DNA of 59,007 nucleotides, taken from positions 1 to 59,007 of the forward strand of contig CALPWK020000001.1 in assembly GCA_943327245.2 (NCBI GenBank). Direction: 5' to 3'. The first letter of the stretch is position 1, and the number at the start of each line of letters is the position of its first letter. This document shows, piece after piece, positions 39,670 through 50,192 of the stretch. The position numbers and the translations under genes are program-made. Below the pieces are notes generated by a model that worked only from the letters and a program-made list of their open reading frames with translations, was not told the DNA's origin and did not search any database. The DNA is from Comamonas sp. lk. Its GTDB lineage: Bacteria > Bacteroidota > Bacteroidia > Chitinophagales > Chitinophagaceae.

Positions 39670-40127
39670 TGGGTATTGAACAAGATATACAACAGTCTAG
39701 TTTTAGAAATGAATACCAGAAAATGGGTATCAATCTCATTTTTACAGCCAATTGGTTGAATGAACATATTGGTCGTATACTTTCCAATGAGGAAATTACA
39801 CATCAACAATATAATATCTTAAGAATTCTTCGTGGTTCGGATAAACCACTAAGTACCCTACAAATTAGGGCACGCATGTTGGATAAGATGAGCGATACTA
39901 GTAGAATTGTAGACAGACTTGTGGTTAAAGGATTTGTTGATAAAAATTCCTGTGAAAAGGACAAGCGATTGGTGGACATTACACTTTCAAAAAAAGGACA
40001 CCAACTGGTGGACTCCTTAGATAAATTCAACCAACAAATTGATGCGCTATTAATGGGTGTGAGTGAAAAAGAAGCCACTACCCTAAATCAAATTCTAGAC
40101 AAATTACGTACGCAATTAGACAAATAA
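39669..40127 (+). CDS. MarR family transcriptional regulator
   Basis: QQYNILRILRG, SDTSRIVDRL, DKRLVDI. Confidence 0.92.
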   Translation: MGIEQDIQQSSFRNEYQKMGINLIFTANWLNEHIGRILSNEEITHQQYNILRILRGSDKPLSTLQIRARMLDKMSDTSRIVDRLVVKGFVDKNSCEKDKRLVDITLSKKGHQLVDSLDKFNQQIDALLMGVSEKEATTLNQILDKLRTQLDK

Positions 40128-40133
40128 TAAGGA

Positions 40134-41600
40134 ATGACAAAGCGAATTACTAGCACCCTACTTTTAGTGGGATTTTTTTTATTGGCTAAAGCACAGCCTA
40201 GCAAGAACGACAAAAATGTATTTGAATTTAGAGGCGTTTGGATTGCTACCGTTGAAAATATCGATTGGCCAAGTAAAAGAGGCTTAAGTAATGCCGATCA
40301 AAAAGCTGAATTCATTGATTTATTAGACAGGCATCAAAGAAATGGTATGAATGCCATTGTGATGCAGATACGTCCATCTGGAGATGCTTTATACCCTTCT
40401 GCTTTAGAGCCATGGAGTGAATATTTAATGGGGAAACAGGGATTAGCCCCTAGCCCTTTTTATGATCCATTAGCTTTTATGATAGAGGAGACCCATAAAA
40501 GAGGAATGGAATTTCATGCTTGGATAAATCCTTATAGAGCGGTATTTAATGTAAATAAATCAAGTGTCGCATTAACACATATCACTAAAATTCATCCTGA
40601 ATGGTTTGTGACTTATGGAGATAAAAAATACTTTAATCCAGGTATACCCGAGGTTTGGCAATTCACTAATAGAGTCGTAAAAGATATTGTAAGCAGATAT
40701 GAGATTGATGCAATTCATATGGATGACTATTTCTATCCTTATAAAATTCCAGGAAAGGAGTTTCCAGACCAAGCGGCCTACTTAAGAAATACAAGGGGCT
40801 TAAATAAAGAAGCGTGGAGAAGAAGCAATTGCGATAGTATTATAAGACAATTAAATGTGACTATTCATCAAACAAAAGCGGCTGTGCAATTTGGAATTAG
40901 TCCTTTTGGTGTTTGGAGAAATAAATCACAAGACCCAAGAGGTAGTAATACAAAAGCAGGAGTAACGAACTATGATGAATTATATGCTGATATTCTTTTG
41001 TGGCTAGAAAAAGGTTGGATTGATTATGTAGTCCCACAATTATATTGGGAACATGGACATACTTTAGCAGACTATGATGAACTGGTTAAATGGTGGAACG
41101 ACAATAGTTATGGTAAGCAATTATATATTGGTCATGGTATTTATAGAGCTGGAAGTAATACCACATGGAAAAATCCAAATGAGATTCCTTATCAGATCAA
41201 TAAATTGAGGTCTTTACCTAATACTGGAGGGAGTGTATATTTTAGCAGTAGCAGCTTTAAAAATAACGCTAATGGATGGAATGATAGTTTACAACAACAC
41301 TATTATGTAAACCCAGCAATATTGCCTTCTGTTTTACCGCAATATCAAATGGAGTCCCCTGTAATCACAAAGACAGGTGGGCAAACCTATCAAATTGGAA
41401 CTGCTGGCTCAAAGCCCTTAAAAGCATTTGCCATTATTCAGAAACAAGCTGGGGTATATACAGTAGCTACTATGATCCCTGCTGACGCAAAAATTATTAA
41501 TTTAAATGCATTAGGAGTTATTAGAAAAGTCGGCAACCAATACTGGATAATTGCCATTGGCAAACAAAATCAAATTAGTGATTATATATTAATACCCTAA
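40134..41600 (+). CDS. GHL10 family glycoside hydrolase (YddW/DigH-like)
   Basis: EFRGVWIATV.NIDWPS, EFHAWINPYR, HMDDYFYPY, GISPFGVW, PQLYW. Confidence 0.9.
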   Translation: MTKRITSTLLLVGFFLLAKAQPSKNDKNVFEFRGVWIATVENIDWPSKRGLSNADQKAEFIDLLDRHQRNGMNAIVMQIRPSGDALYPSALEPWSEYLMGKQGLAPSPFYDPLAFMIEETHKRGMEFHAWINPYRAVFNVNKSSVALTHITKIHPEWFVTYGDKKYFNPGIPEVWQFTNRVVKDIVSRYEIDAIHMDDYFYPYKIPGKEFPDQAAYLRNTRGLNKEAWRRSNCDSIIRQLNVTIHQTKAAVQFGISPFGVWRNKSQDPRGSNTKAGVTNYDELYADILLWLEKGWIDYVVPQLYWEHGHTLADYDELVKWWNDNSYGKQLYIGHGIYRAGSNTTWKNPNEIPYQINKLRSLPNTGGSVYFSSSSFKNNANGWNDSLQQHYYVNPAILPSVLPQYQMESPVITKTGGQTYQIGTAGSKPLKAFAIIQKQAGVYTVATMIPADAKIINLNALGVIRKVGNQYWIIAIGKQNQISDYILIP

Positions 41601-41606
41601 TTCGAA

Positions 41607-43577
41607 TTAATCGAATATGCGTTTTAAATTAATACTTTGATTAGAATTGATAATTAATGGAACATGCTCTACCACCGTCATATCATTGTCTAGTCCAAAT
41701 GCTTTTTGGTCACTTTGTGCTAAATGTTTGATATTAAAATAAGTGTCCATAATAAAGTCTTCTCTGAATGTTAATTCATTTTCAATAGAGAAGAAACTTT
41801 CAATAATAACATAAGTAATATCAGTATGAAAGTCTTTACTCTTTAAAGATTCGTATTTACTGTAGATTCCTAATTCTTGACATTCATTCAATTCTTGCAT
41901 TACTTTCTTGAAACAAATGTTAATACGAGGTTGAATCCTGAAACCAATCTTAAAGTCAACTCTCATAACTTTATCGTCCACTAATTCACGAATTGAATAT
42001 TCCATTCCATAGGGAGAATCGGTTCTGTCAATATGAATAAACCAATAAATGTCGGCACGTTTTGGCTTACGATTTAATATTGAGTCAATTATACGATGCT
42101 CAATTTCACGATAGTTATTTGCCTTAGTTAAATAAACCAAATGAGTCGCGTACTTTGGAATGTCCTTATCTGCACTCAAATCCGTTAATTGGCTTAAGTA
42201 ATCTTTTAATTTTACAAAGTCTAAATAACGATTCGTGATTTTTCTAGCACGATGCCAAATCATCATAACAAAAATCATACTGAAAGAAAATATAAAAGTG
42301 ATATAGCTTTCTTTGATTTTTACCACATTAGCAATAAAAAAAGAAATTTCAACAATACTGAAAATAAAAATAATTACAGCAACTACTGCTTGACTCCATC
42401 TTCGAACATTCAATAAATAAAAATTAATTAATACAGTGGTCATCATCATTGTGATAATGATGGAGAACCCATAAGCTCCTAGCATATGCTCACTTTTTCT
42501 AAAGTACAAGAGCATAGTCACACAACCTACCCATAATATTAAATTCAAGCTTGGTATATAAATTTGTCCTTTTTGATCCGTAGGAAATTTTACTGTAACA
42601 CGTGGCCAAAAGTTCAAACTAATCGCTTCATTAATTAATGTAAATGATCCACTAATTAATGCTTGACTAGCTATAATTGTTGCAATGGTAGCAATACCAA
42701 TACCTATTAACAAAAACCAATGTGGCATAATCTCAAAGAAAGGGTTAATACCATTAGACACAGTTCCAACATGATTCAATAACCATGCACCCTGCCCCAT
42801 ATAGCTCATCACCAATGCAAATTTTACGAAAATCCAACTTACTTGAATATTTTTACGGCCACAATGTCCTAAGTCACTATACAAAGCCTCTGCACCAGTG
42901 GTACATAAAAACACCGCTCCTAATAACCAAAACCCTTTAGGGTAATTTATTAATAAGTCTAAACCATAATAAGGATTCAATGCTTTTAGGATGGCAAAAT
43001 TCCCAAACACTTGTATCAAGCCTAAAATTAAAATCATTGAAAACCAAAGCAACATAATAGGTCCAAAGGCAAAACCAATAATTTTTGTTCCAAAACGTTG
43101 AAAGAAAAAAAGTAATGAGATAATAGTTAATACAATACCTACTGTTAAATTATTACCAGGCACAATCACTTTTTCTAAACCTTTAATACCAGCTAATCCT
43201 TCAATTGCTGAAGAGACAGAAACGGGTGGAGTTATCATACCGTCCGCTAACAACATGGCTGCTCCTAAAATTGCAGGAATGTAAATCCATTTTACATAGC
43301 GACGAATTAACGCAAACAAAGAAAATATACCACCTTCTCCACGATTGTCAGCTCTTAAGGTTAAGAAAACGTATTTAAAAGTAGTTTGTAAAGTAAGCGT
43401 CCAAAACACACAAGAAATGGCACCATAAATTAATTGTTCTGTGATTACTTTATGATTAATGATAGTGCTAAATACATACAATGGAGAAGTTCCAATATCA
43501 CCATATATAATTCCTAAAGTAACTAATAACCCTGCGACAGAAAGTTTGTGCGCGTGTCCACCAGATGTTTGTGCCAT
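41607..43577 (-). CDS. kup: KUP/HAK/KT potassium transporter
   Basis: YGDIGTSPLY, GEGG, TGAEALYSDLGH, GQIYIP. Confidence 0.96.
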   Translation of the reverse strand: MAQTSGGHAHKLSVAGLLVTLGIIYGDIGTSPLYVFSTIINHKVITEQLIYGAISCVFWTLTLQTTFKYVFLTLRADNRGEGGIFSLFALIRRYVKWIYIPAILGAAMLLADGMITPPVSVSSAIEGLAGIKGLEKVIVPGNNLTVGIVLTIISLLFFFQRFGTKIIGFAFGPIMLLWFSMILILGLIQVFGNFAILKALNPYYGLDLLINYPKGFWLLGAVFLCTTGAEALYSDLGHCGRKNIQVSWIFVKFALVMSYMGQGAWLLNHVGTVSNGINPFFEIMPHWFLLIGIGIATIATIIASQALISGSFTLINEAISLNFWPRVTVKFPTDQKGQIYIPSLNLILWVGCVTMLLYFRKSEHMLGAYGFSIIITMMMTTVLINFYLLNVRRWSQAVVAVIIFIFSIVEISFFIANVVKIKESYITFIFSFSMIFVMMIWHRARKITNRYLDFVKLKDYLSQLTDLSADKDIPKYATHLVYLTKANNYREIEHRIIDSILNRKPKRADIYWFIHIDRTDSPYGMEYSIRELVDDKVMRVDFKIGFRIQPRINICFKKVMQELNECQELGIYSKYESLKSKDFHTDITYVIIESFFSIENELTFREDFIMDTYFNIKHLAQSDQKAFGLDNDMTVVEHVPLIINSNQSINLKRIFD

Positions 43578-43664
43578 GAAATAAATAAATGAGAAGCAAA
43601 GTTTACGTTTTTTAATAGAACTAAATGATTTGCCGGCAACTATTTTGAAAATATTTTTTGGAAA

Positions 43665-44138
43665 CTAAGGCTTGTAAGTACCCCATTTTTCTTCTATGGC
43701 TTTAACCCTAAAATCAAAAATGTCTTTAAGTTGCTTTTTAATGAACAAGCCATTGGCGATATCCCCTAAAAATCCCATAGGAATCTTATAATGTACAATG
43801 TCTTCCATAGCTACTCCACCTGGAATTGTTTTAAAATGATGCTGGTGGTGCCAAAGACTATAGGGTCCAAAGCGTTGTTCATCAACAAAATACTTACCTT
43901 CTTCCACATGCGTGATTTCGGTCATCCAATACATTGGGATGTTTAAAACTGGAGAAACCGTGTATTCAATAATTTGACCAGGATACATTTTTTCACCATG
44001 GTGCTTACTTATTATATTGAACCCCATATGGCTGGGGGTAATTTTAGCCAGATTGGCAGGGCTACTAAAAAAATCCCATGCTTCCGTTAAGGAGATAGGC
44101 ATTTCTTGATACGTATGAAGGGTATATACTTTTGACAT
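43665..44138 (-). CDS. SRPBCC family protein
   Basis: WDFFSSPANLAKITP, FVDEQRFGPY, WHHQH. Confidence 0.88.
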   Translation of the reverse strand: MSKVYTLHTYQEMPISLTEAWDFFSSPANLAKITPSHMGFNIISKHHGEKMYPGQIIEYTVSPVLNIPMYWMTEITHVEEGKYFVDEQRFGPYSLWHHQHHFKTIPGGVAMEDIVHYKIPMGFLGDIANGLFIKKQLKDIFDFRVKAIEEKWGTYKP

Positions 44139-44204
44139 AATAATATAACAAGCTAAGCAGGTTTTTGTTGTACGATTTAGCTATAAAGCCATTAATTTTA
44201 TCCC

Positions 44205-47200
44205 ATGATTAGCAAATTGGAGCAACAAAAGGCATTTGATGCAGTTTATGAAGGTTTAAATGAACAACAGAAAATTGCAGTAGACACCATTGAAGGGCCC
44301 GTAATGGTAATTGCAGGACCTGGAACTGGCAAAACACAAATATTAGGCGCACGCATTGGTAAAATATTGTTGGAGACTGATACGCCCCCCGAAAACATAC
44401 TTTGTTTAACTTATACGGACGCCGGTGCCATTGCCATGCGTAAACGTTTGATGGATTTTATTGGAACTGCTGCTTACAAAGTAAATATCTCAACTTTTCA
44501 CTCTTTTTGCAATGACATCATTCAAGATAATCTATCTCTATTTGAAAAGCCAAGCTTGGATCCAATTTCTGAATTAGAAAAAATTGAACTACTTAAAAAA
44601 CTAATAGATCAATTTGATAAAAATAATCCGCTAAAAAGATACAGAGGGGATGTATATTATGAAATGGGTAACCTAAGCAAATTGTTTAGTGCCATGAAAA
44701 AGGAGGGATGGAACGTTTCTTATTTAACGAATCAGATAGACCAATATATTAAGGAGATTCCTTTAAGAGACGAGTTTGTATATAAAAGAAAGTATAAACA
44801 ATTTGAGGCAGGTGATTTAAAGCAGGGCTTAGTGGATGTAGAATTGGAGAAAATGGAGAAATTAAAAGCCGCAGTTGTTTCGTTTGATAGTTACCAGCAG
44901 CTCATGAAGGAGCATTGTAGATATGACTTTGACGATATGATAAACTGGGTGATTAATGCATTTAAAGAAAATAAGAACTTATTAGCACAATACCAGGAAC
45001 GCTTTTTATATATACTTGTAGACGAATTTCAGGATACTAGTGGCACCCAAAATGAATTGGTGCAATTATTAGTAAACTATTGGGATCAACCTAATTTATT
45101 TGTCGTAGGTGACGACGATCAAAGTATATTTAGATTTCAAGGTGCTAACGTAGAGAACATGTTACATTTTCAACAACAATATAAAGACGATATTGTCAAT
45201 ATTGTTTTGGAGAATAACTATCGATCCACACAACCTATACTAGACGCCTCCACGCAAGTGATAAATCAAAACCAGGAAAGATTAATTAATAAAATAGAAG
45301 GGTTGTCCAAAAATTTGATTGCTGCATTGCCAGAAAACAAATTACTCAATAACGCACCTAGCATTATTCAATACAATGACCCACAGGAAGAAATGATGGA
45401 CATTGCAGAACAAGTTACACAATTAATTAATGGCGGAGTGGCCCCTAAAGAAATAGCAGTATTATTTAAGGAAAATAAATATGGTACAGAGATTGCACAT
45501 TTTTTACAACAAAAAAATATACCAATATACAGCCGACGCACCGCTAATTTATTTGACCAAACACTCATACAACAAATATTAAAAATACTAGACTATTTAG
45601 CATGCGAATGGGACCAGCCAAACGAAGGAGCCAATATTTTATTTGAAATACTTCATTTCAAATGGTGGCATATATCCCCTATAACTATTGCTATGCTTAC
45701 GGTAGAAGCAAATCAGTTAAAATATGGTGCTCCTGAAAATACATTCAGAAAAGTACTAGTAGACAAGACACAGGAAGTACAAACTGATTTATTCGCTAAA
45801 GGCGGATTAGAAAATGTAGCGAAAGCAGTACACGTTTTAGAAGACCTCATTGGACAGGTTCCCAATGTGACTTTATTAAATTTGATTGAGCAAATACTTC
45901 AAAAGACAGGCATTATACAATCCATTCTAAGTGGAGATAATAAAGCAGAAGCCTTAGACATGGTGACTCACTTTTTTGATTTTATTAAAGACGAGACCCA
46001 CCGAAAACCCAGCTTAAATTTAAAGGACTTAGTAGACATGTTGCGCTTAATGAAGCGAGAGGAAATACGTTTGCCTTTGCCCATTACTACAGGCAGTGAG
46101 GCGGGCGTTAACTTGCTAACTACACATGGTAGTAAGGGACTAGAGTTTACTTATGTATTTTTAGCTGGAACAAATGCACAGTTTTGGGAAAAGAAAAGAA
46201 GTACCGCGAGTGCGGGATACAAATTGCCAGACACTGTATTGAGCACTTTAGAACATGCGGATGATAAAGAAGAATTAAGAAGACTATTTTATGTTGCAAT
46301 TACCAGAGCTAAGAAGCATTTAAATATCTCCTTTAGTAAATATAAGTCTGACGGTAAGGAAACGGAACCTAGTCAATTTTTAGTTGAATTGTTAGCAGGA
46401 AAAGAAGGATTAATTGCACAAAAAACAATTGAAGCATCTATTAAATTACAATACAAATTACTTCGTTTACAAAGCAGGCAGCGTCCAGCTATTGAACAAT
46501 TAGAGGCTGATTTTATTCAACCAAAATTGGAAAAATTTTCCATGAATGTAACAGCGTTGAACAATTATTTAAAATGTCCACTTCATTTTTATTATAATAG
46601 TTTGATTCGGGTGCCTTCTGGCAAATCTGAAGCAACTACATTTGGCTCTGCCATACATGACGCATTGAATAAGCTCTTCAAAAAAATGCAAGAGGCTAAC
46701 AGTGTGTTCCCTGACAAACAAAGTTTAATAACAGACTTTGAATACTATATGAAAAGGCATAGAGAAGCTTTCACTAAACAAGAATTCAAAGACCGAATAG
46801 AATTGGGCGAAACTGTATTGATTAATTACTATGATTTTTATGTTAGCTCTTGGAACAAAGTAGTGACCACCGAATATCGAATAAATAATGTAGTAGTGAA
46901 AGACATTCCACTAAAAGGTGCCATTGATAAAATTGAATTTAATGGTAAAGAAGTGGTGGTGATAGACTATAAAACCGGAAATATTGACAATGCAAGAGAG
47001 AAACTAAAAGGCCCCAATGAAAAAAATCCAGATGGTGGTGATTATTGGAGACAAGCAGTATTCTACAAAATACTATTAAACCACCATCCTAAAAATTGGC
47101 AAGTGAGTAGTGCCGAATTTGACTTTGTAGAACCCAATAAGAAAAAAGAATTTGAAAAAATTGCCATTAGTATAACCGAGGCTGATATCACTACAGTAAG

Positions 47201-47360
47201 TCAACAAATTCAAATGGTTTGGGAGAAAATACAAAACAAAGACTTCTATACCGGTTGTGGGAAAGACGAATGTCATTGGTGTAATTTTGTAAAAACGAAT
47301 GAACTAGCAGTAGCCTTACACGATATACAAGCAGATTCAGAAGAAGACGAAAAAAACTAG
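44205..47360 (+). CDS. UvrD/REP-family helicase fused to PD-(D/E)xK nuclease with a 4-Cys (Fe-S) motif
   Basis: AGPGTGKT, DEFQD, VGDDDQSI, NYRS, KGLEF, YVAITRAK; C-terminal GAIDKI...IDYKTG; YLKCP and C..xCxxC. Confidence 0.92.
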   Translation: MISKLEQQKAFDAVYEGLNEQQKIAVDTIEGPVMVIAGPGTGKTQILGARIGKILLETDTPPENILCLTYTDAGAIAMRKRLMDFIGTAAYKVNISTFHSFCNDIIQDNLSLFEKPSLDPISELEKIELLKKLIDQFDKNNPLKRYRGDVYYEMGNLSKLFSAMKKEGWNVSYLTNQIDQYIKEIPLRDEFVYKRKYKQFEAGDLKQGLVDVELEKMEKLKAAVVSFDSYQQLMKEHCRYDFDDMINWVINAFKENKNLLAQYQERFLYILVDEFQDTSGTQNELVQLLVNYWDQPNLFVVGDDDQSIFRFQGANVENMLHFQQQYKDDIVNIVLENNYRSTQPILDASTQVINQNQERLINKIEGLSKNLIAALPENKLLNNAPSIIQYNDPQEEMMDIAEQVTQLINGGVAPKEIAVLFKENKYGTEIAHFLQQKNIPIYSRRTANLFDQTLIQQILKILDYLACEWDQPNEGANILFEILHFKWWHISPITIAMLTVEANQLKYGAPENTFRKVLVDKTQEVQTDLFAKGGLENVAKAVHVLEDLIGQVPNVTLLNLIEQILQKTGIIQSILSGDNKAEALDMVTHFFDFIKDETHRKPSLNLKDLVDMLRLMKREEIRLPLPITTGSEAGVNLLTTHGSKGLEFTYVFLAGTNAQFWEKKRSTASAGYKLPDTVLSTLEHADDKEELRRLFYVAITRAKKHLNISFSKYKSDGKETEPSQFLVELLAGKEGLIAQKTIEASIKLQYKLLRLQSRQRPAIEQLEADFIQPKLEKFSMNVTALNNYLKCPLHFYYNSLIRVPSGKSEATTFGSAIHDALNKLFKKMQEANSVFPDKQSLITDFEYYMKRHREAFTKQEFKDRIELGETVLINYYDFYVSSWNKVVTTEYRINNVVVKDIPLKGAIDKIEFNGKEVVVIDYKTGNIDNAREKLKGPNEKNPDGGDYWRQAVFYKILLNHHPKNWQVSSAEFDFVEPNKKKEFEKIAISITEADITTVSQQIQMVWEKIQNKDFYTGCGKDECHWCNFVKTNELAVALHDIQADSEEDEKN

Positions 47361-47376
47361 TAATTTTGTACCCTCT

Positions 47377-48792
47377 ATGAAGCATACCTTGAATCCCGGA
47401 AAAATAGCCATTGGATCCCTATTTATATATGTATTACAATTAGCGGTAGGCTGTGCCAATATTGTACCCCCTGTTGGTGGGCCAAGGGATACTATTCCAC
47501 CCTATTTAACCATTGCAAGACCCAAGGATTCTGCAACAGGTATTAAACCAAAAGAAATTCAATTGGTATTTAGTGAGTACATTAATACAACCGACTTACA
47601 AACTAATTTTATTATTTCTCCAAGCATAAAAACCACTCCATTAATAGATTCCAGGCTGAATGCCATTAGAATTAGAATTAATGATAGTTTAGTTCCGAAC
47701 ACAACTTATAGTTTACAATTTGGAAATGCCATAAGAGATGTAAACGAAGGAAATATTGCTAAAAACTATACTTATGTTTTTAGTACAGGAGACCATATAG
47801 ATACTGGTACATTTAGGGGTAACGTTCATATTGCAGAAACTGGCAATATAGATAGTACTTTAATTGTGGTACTTCATCCAATAAATAACGACACAGCTAT
47901 TTACAAAAATAGTCCGCAGTATTATAGTAAAATAAATGGGAAGGGGAAATTTGAATTTAAATTTTTACCCTACCAATCCTTTCAGGCTTTTGTAATTCCT
48001 AATGACTACAATAAAAAGTATGACGATAGTACTAAATTATTTGCTTTTTTAGATAGTCCTATCCATATAACTGCCGCTACTGACACGCAGGACCTATATG
48101 CTTTTCAAGCCTATAAAAAAATAGAAAATAAAAAAACAGTAGCAGGTGCAGGATCGAAAATTACAAAAACAAAAAGCAGTACATTAAAGTACAATAAGTT
48201 AATGGAAGGAGGGGATCAAGATTTATTGAATCCTTTACAACTAGCATTTGATGGTCCAATAAAATTAAATGACAGCTTTCCTATATTGCTTTGCGACACA
48301 AACAACAAGCCGATAATGGGCTATACTATTAGTTTAGACAGCAGTAGTAGAAATTTATTAATTAATTATCCATGGGAGGAGCAAGCTAAATTTCACTTAA
48401 TCATTCCGAAAGGAGCGGTATATGATACTAGTTTTAATACAATACAAAAATCTGATACCTTAAAATTTGCTACCAAATCCGAAGCAGCTTATGGCTCCTT
48501 ATTAGTTAGACTTAGTGGATTCCAACAAATTAAAAATCCAGTTTTACTATTTACACAAGAGGATAAAGTGAAATATAGTTTTCCTATTACCCAATCCCTA
48601 ATAAGGATTCCAAAAATTTTACCAGGAGATTTTATTTTAAAAGTATTAGAAGACAACAATTATAATGGGAAATGGGACACCGGAAAATTTGGTAAAATCA
48701 AAATGCAACCTGAACACGTAATCCTTAATGGAACCACTATAAACATTAAAGCCAACTGGGATAATGAGTTTAATGTGGTGATTAATAAGTAA
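47377..48792 (+). CDS. Ig-like (Big_5) domain lipoprotein
   Basis: Lipobox VGC-AN..PP.GGPRD..PP; NTTYSLQFGNAIRDVNEGN; DNNYNGKWDTG. Confidence 0.82.
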   Translation: MKHTLNPGKIAIGSLFIYVLQLAVGCANIVPPVGGPRDTIPPYLTIARPKDSATGIKPKEIQLVFSEYINTTDLQTNFIISPSIKTTPLIDSRLNAIRIRINDSLVPNTTYSLQFGNAIRDVNEGNIAKNYTYVFSTGDHIDTGTFRGNVHIAETGNIDSTLIVVLHPINNDTAIYKNSPQYYSKINGKGKFEFKFLPYQSFQAFVIPNDYNKKYDDSTKLFAFLDSPIHITAATDTQDLYAFQAYKKIENKKTVAGAGSKITKTKSSTLKYNKLMEGGDQDLLNPLQLAFDGPIKLNDSFPILLCDTNNKPIMGYTISLDSSSRNLLINYPWEEQAKFHLIIPKGAVYDTSFNTIQKSDTLKFATKSEAAYGSLLVRLSGFQQIKNPVLLFTQEDKVKYSFPITQSLIRIPKILPGDFILKVLEDNNYNGKWDTGKFGKIKMQPEHVILNGTTINIKANWDNEFNVVINK

Positions 48793-48813
48793 TTTTACCA
48801 TTCACAAATTTGT

Positions 48814-49428
48814 ATGCAATTACCTTCTACCTTACTTGAAAATGCAGTGGCTGAATTCGCCAAACTTCCGGGTATTGGAAAAAAAACTGCTTTACGTTTG
48901 GTATTACATTTATTAAAACAAGACCTTCAAGTGACCACTCATTTTGGAGAGATATTGACAAAAATGAGAAAGGAAATTCAATTTTGTCAGCGATGTTATA
49001 ATATTAGCGATGGTACCATTTGCTCCATTTGTGCCAATTCTGGAAGAGCTAAAGACACTATTTGTGTGGTAGAAAATATAAGAGACGTAATAGCCATAGA
49101 AAACACACAACAATATAATGGCACTTACCATGTTTTAGGAGGAATTATTTCCCCATTAGACGGTATTGGACCCGATCAATTAACAATAGAACCATTATTA
49201 GATCGTATCAAGAATGACCAGGTAGTGGAGTTGGTATTTGCGTTAAACCCTACTATTCAAGGAGATACAACCATATATTATATACAGAAAAAGATGGCTG
49301 GCATTTCTTGCCGTATTACCACCATCGCCAGAGGCATTGCTTTTGGGGGGGAATTAGAGTATGCCGACGAAATGACTTTAGGAAAGAGCATTTCAAATAG
49401 ACAACCTATACAACAGTATATAAAATAG
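48814..49428 (+). CDS. recR: Recombination mediator RecR
   Basis: LPGIGKKTALR, C4 zinc finger, YHVLGG, ELEYADE. Confidence 0.97.
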   Translation: MQLPSTLLENAVAEFAKLPGIGKKTALRLVLHLLKQDLQVTTHFGEILTKMRKEIQFCQRCYNISDGTICSICANSGRAKDTICVVENIRDVIAIENTQQYNGTYHVLGGIISPLDGIGPDQLTIEPLLDRIKNDQVVELVFALNPTIQGDTTIYYIQKKMAGISCRITTIARGIAFGGELEYADEMTLGKSISNRQPIQQYIK

Positions 49429-49474
49429 GATAATTAATTAGATTTACTTAATTTTGATGTTCAAACACCGACTT

Positions 49475-50011
49475 ATGAAAAAATTATTACTGCTACTTAC
49501 CGCCCTTATTGTTATGAACAGCATGCAATTACAAGCGCAAGAAAGCTACAGTACTAAAGCAGCAGTAGTTCATTTTAGAGCAGTGGACGACGACGATATA
49601 GATGCAGTAAATAAAAATGCTGTAAGTCGTCTAGAATCCAATGGTAAATTGAGTTTCATAATGCTTGCCAAGGATTTTAAATTTGATATGGAGAAAATGC
49701 AACAGCATTTTAATGAGGAATATATTGAAAGTGATAAATTTCCAAGAGCCTTATTCAATGGTCAAATCACTAATTTCAGCACTGTGAATTTAAAAAAAGA
49801 CGGCAAATATCCAATAACTGTGACAGGGAATATGCAGGTACATGGGGTTAATAAAACCATGCAGACGACTGGATTAATAGAAGTAGTGGGTGGTATTCCA
49901 AAAGCCTCCGCTAGATTTACCGTTACTTTAAAAGATTTCGGAATTGGTGGCATATTAATCAAAATGGTTGCTGACAAAATAAATATCGACGTCACTGCCA
50001 CTTATCAATAG
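49475..50011 (+). CDS. YceI family secreted lipid/polyisoprenoid-binding protein
   Basis: Signal peptide from ATG 49475 (after TAATTTTG 49449-49456); MQQHFNEEYIESDKFP, HGV. Confidence 0.85.
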   Translation: MKKLLLLLTALIVMNSMQLQAQESYSTKAAVVHFRAVDDDDIDAVNKNAVSRLESNGKLSFIMLAKDFKFDMEKMQQHFNEEYIESDKFPRALFNGQITNFSTVNLKKDGKYPITVTGNMQVHGVNKTMQTTGLIEVVGGIPKASARFTVTLKDFGIGGILIKMVADKINIDVTATYQ

Positions 50012-50043
50012 GGCCTTAATTTGGCTACAAGCTATTAGTATAC

Positions 50044-50192
50044 TAACTTTGCTCCGCATTGCAGGTGGATTTGTTTATTGTTCAACCTGCCATCCGTAAG
50101 GAGAAAAGAACTAATAAACGATACACATATATCGACCCCGCTTTATTATTAGATTCTTTGAACTCTTTTGGATGTTGCATAAAAAAATAATT
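50044..50192 (+). promoter_or_regulatory. -7 promoter element plus ~140-nt structured 5' leader of metH
   Basis: TAACTTTG 50044-50051; hairpins 50061-50090 and 50091-50174; competing helix 50071-50083/50108-50121. Confidence 0.55.
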
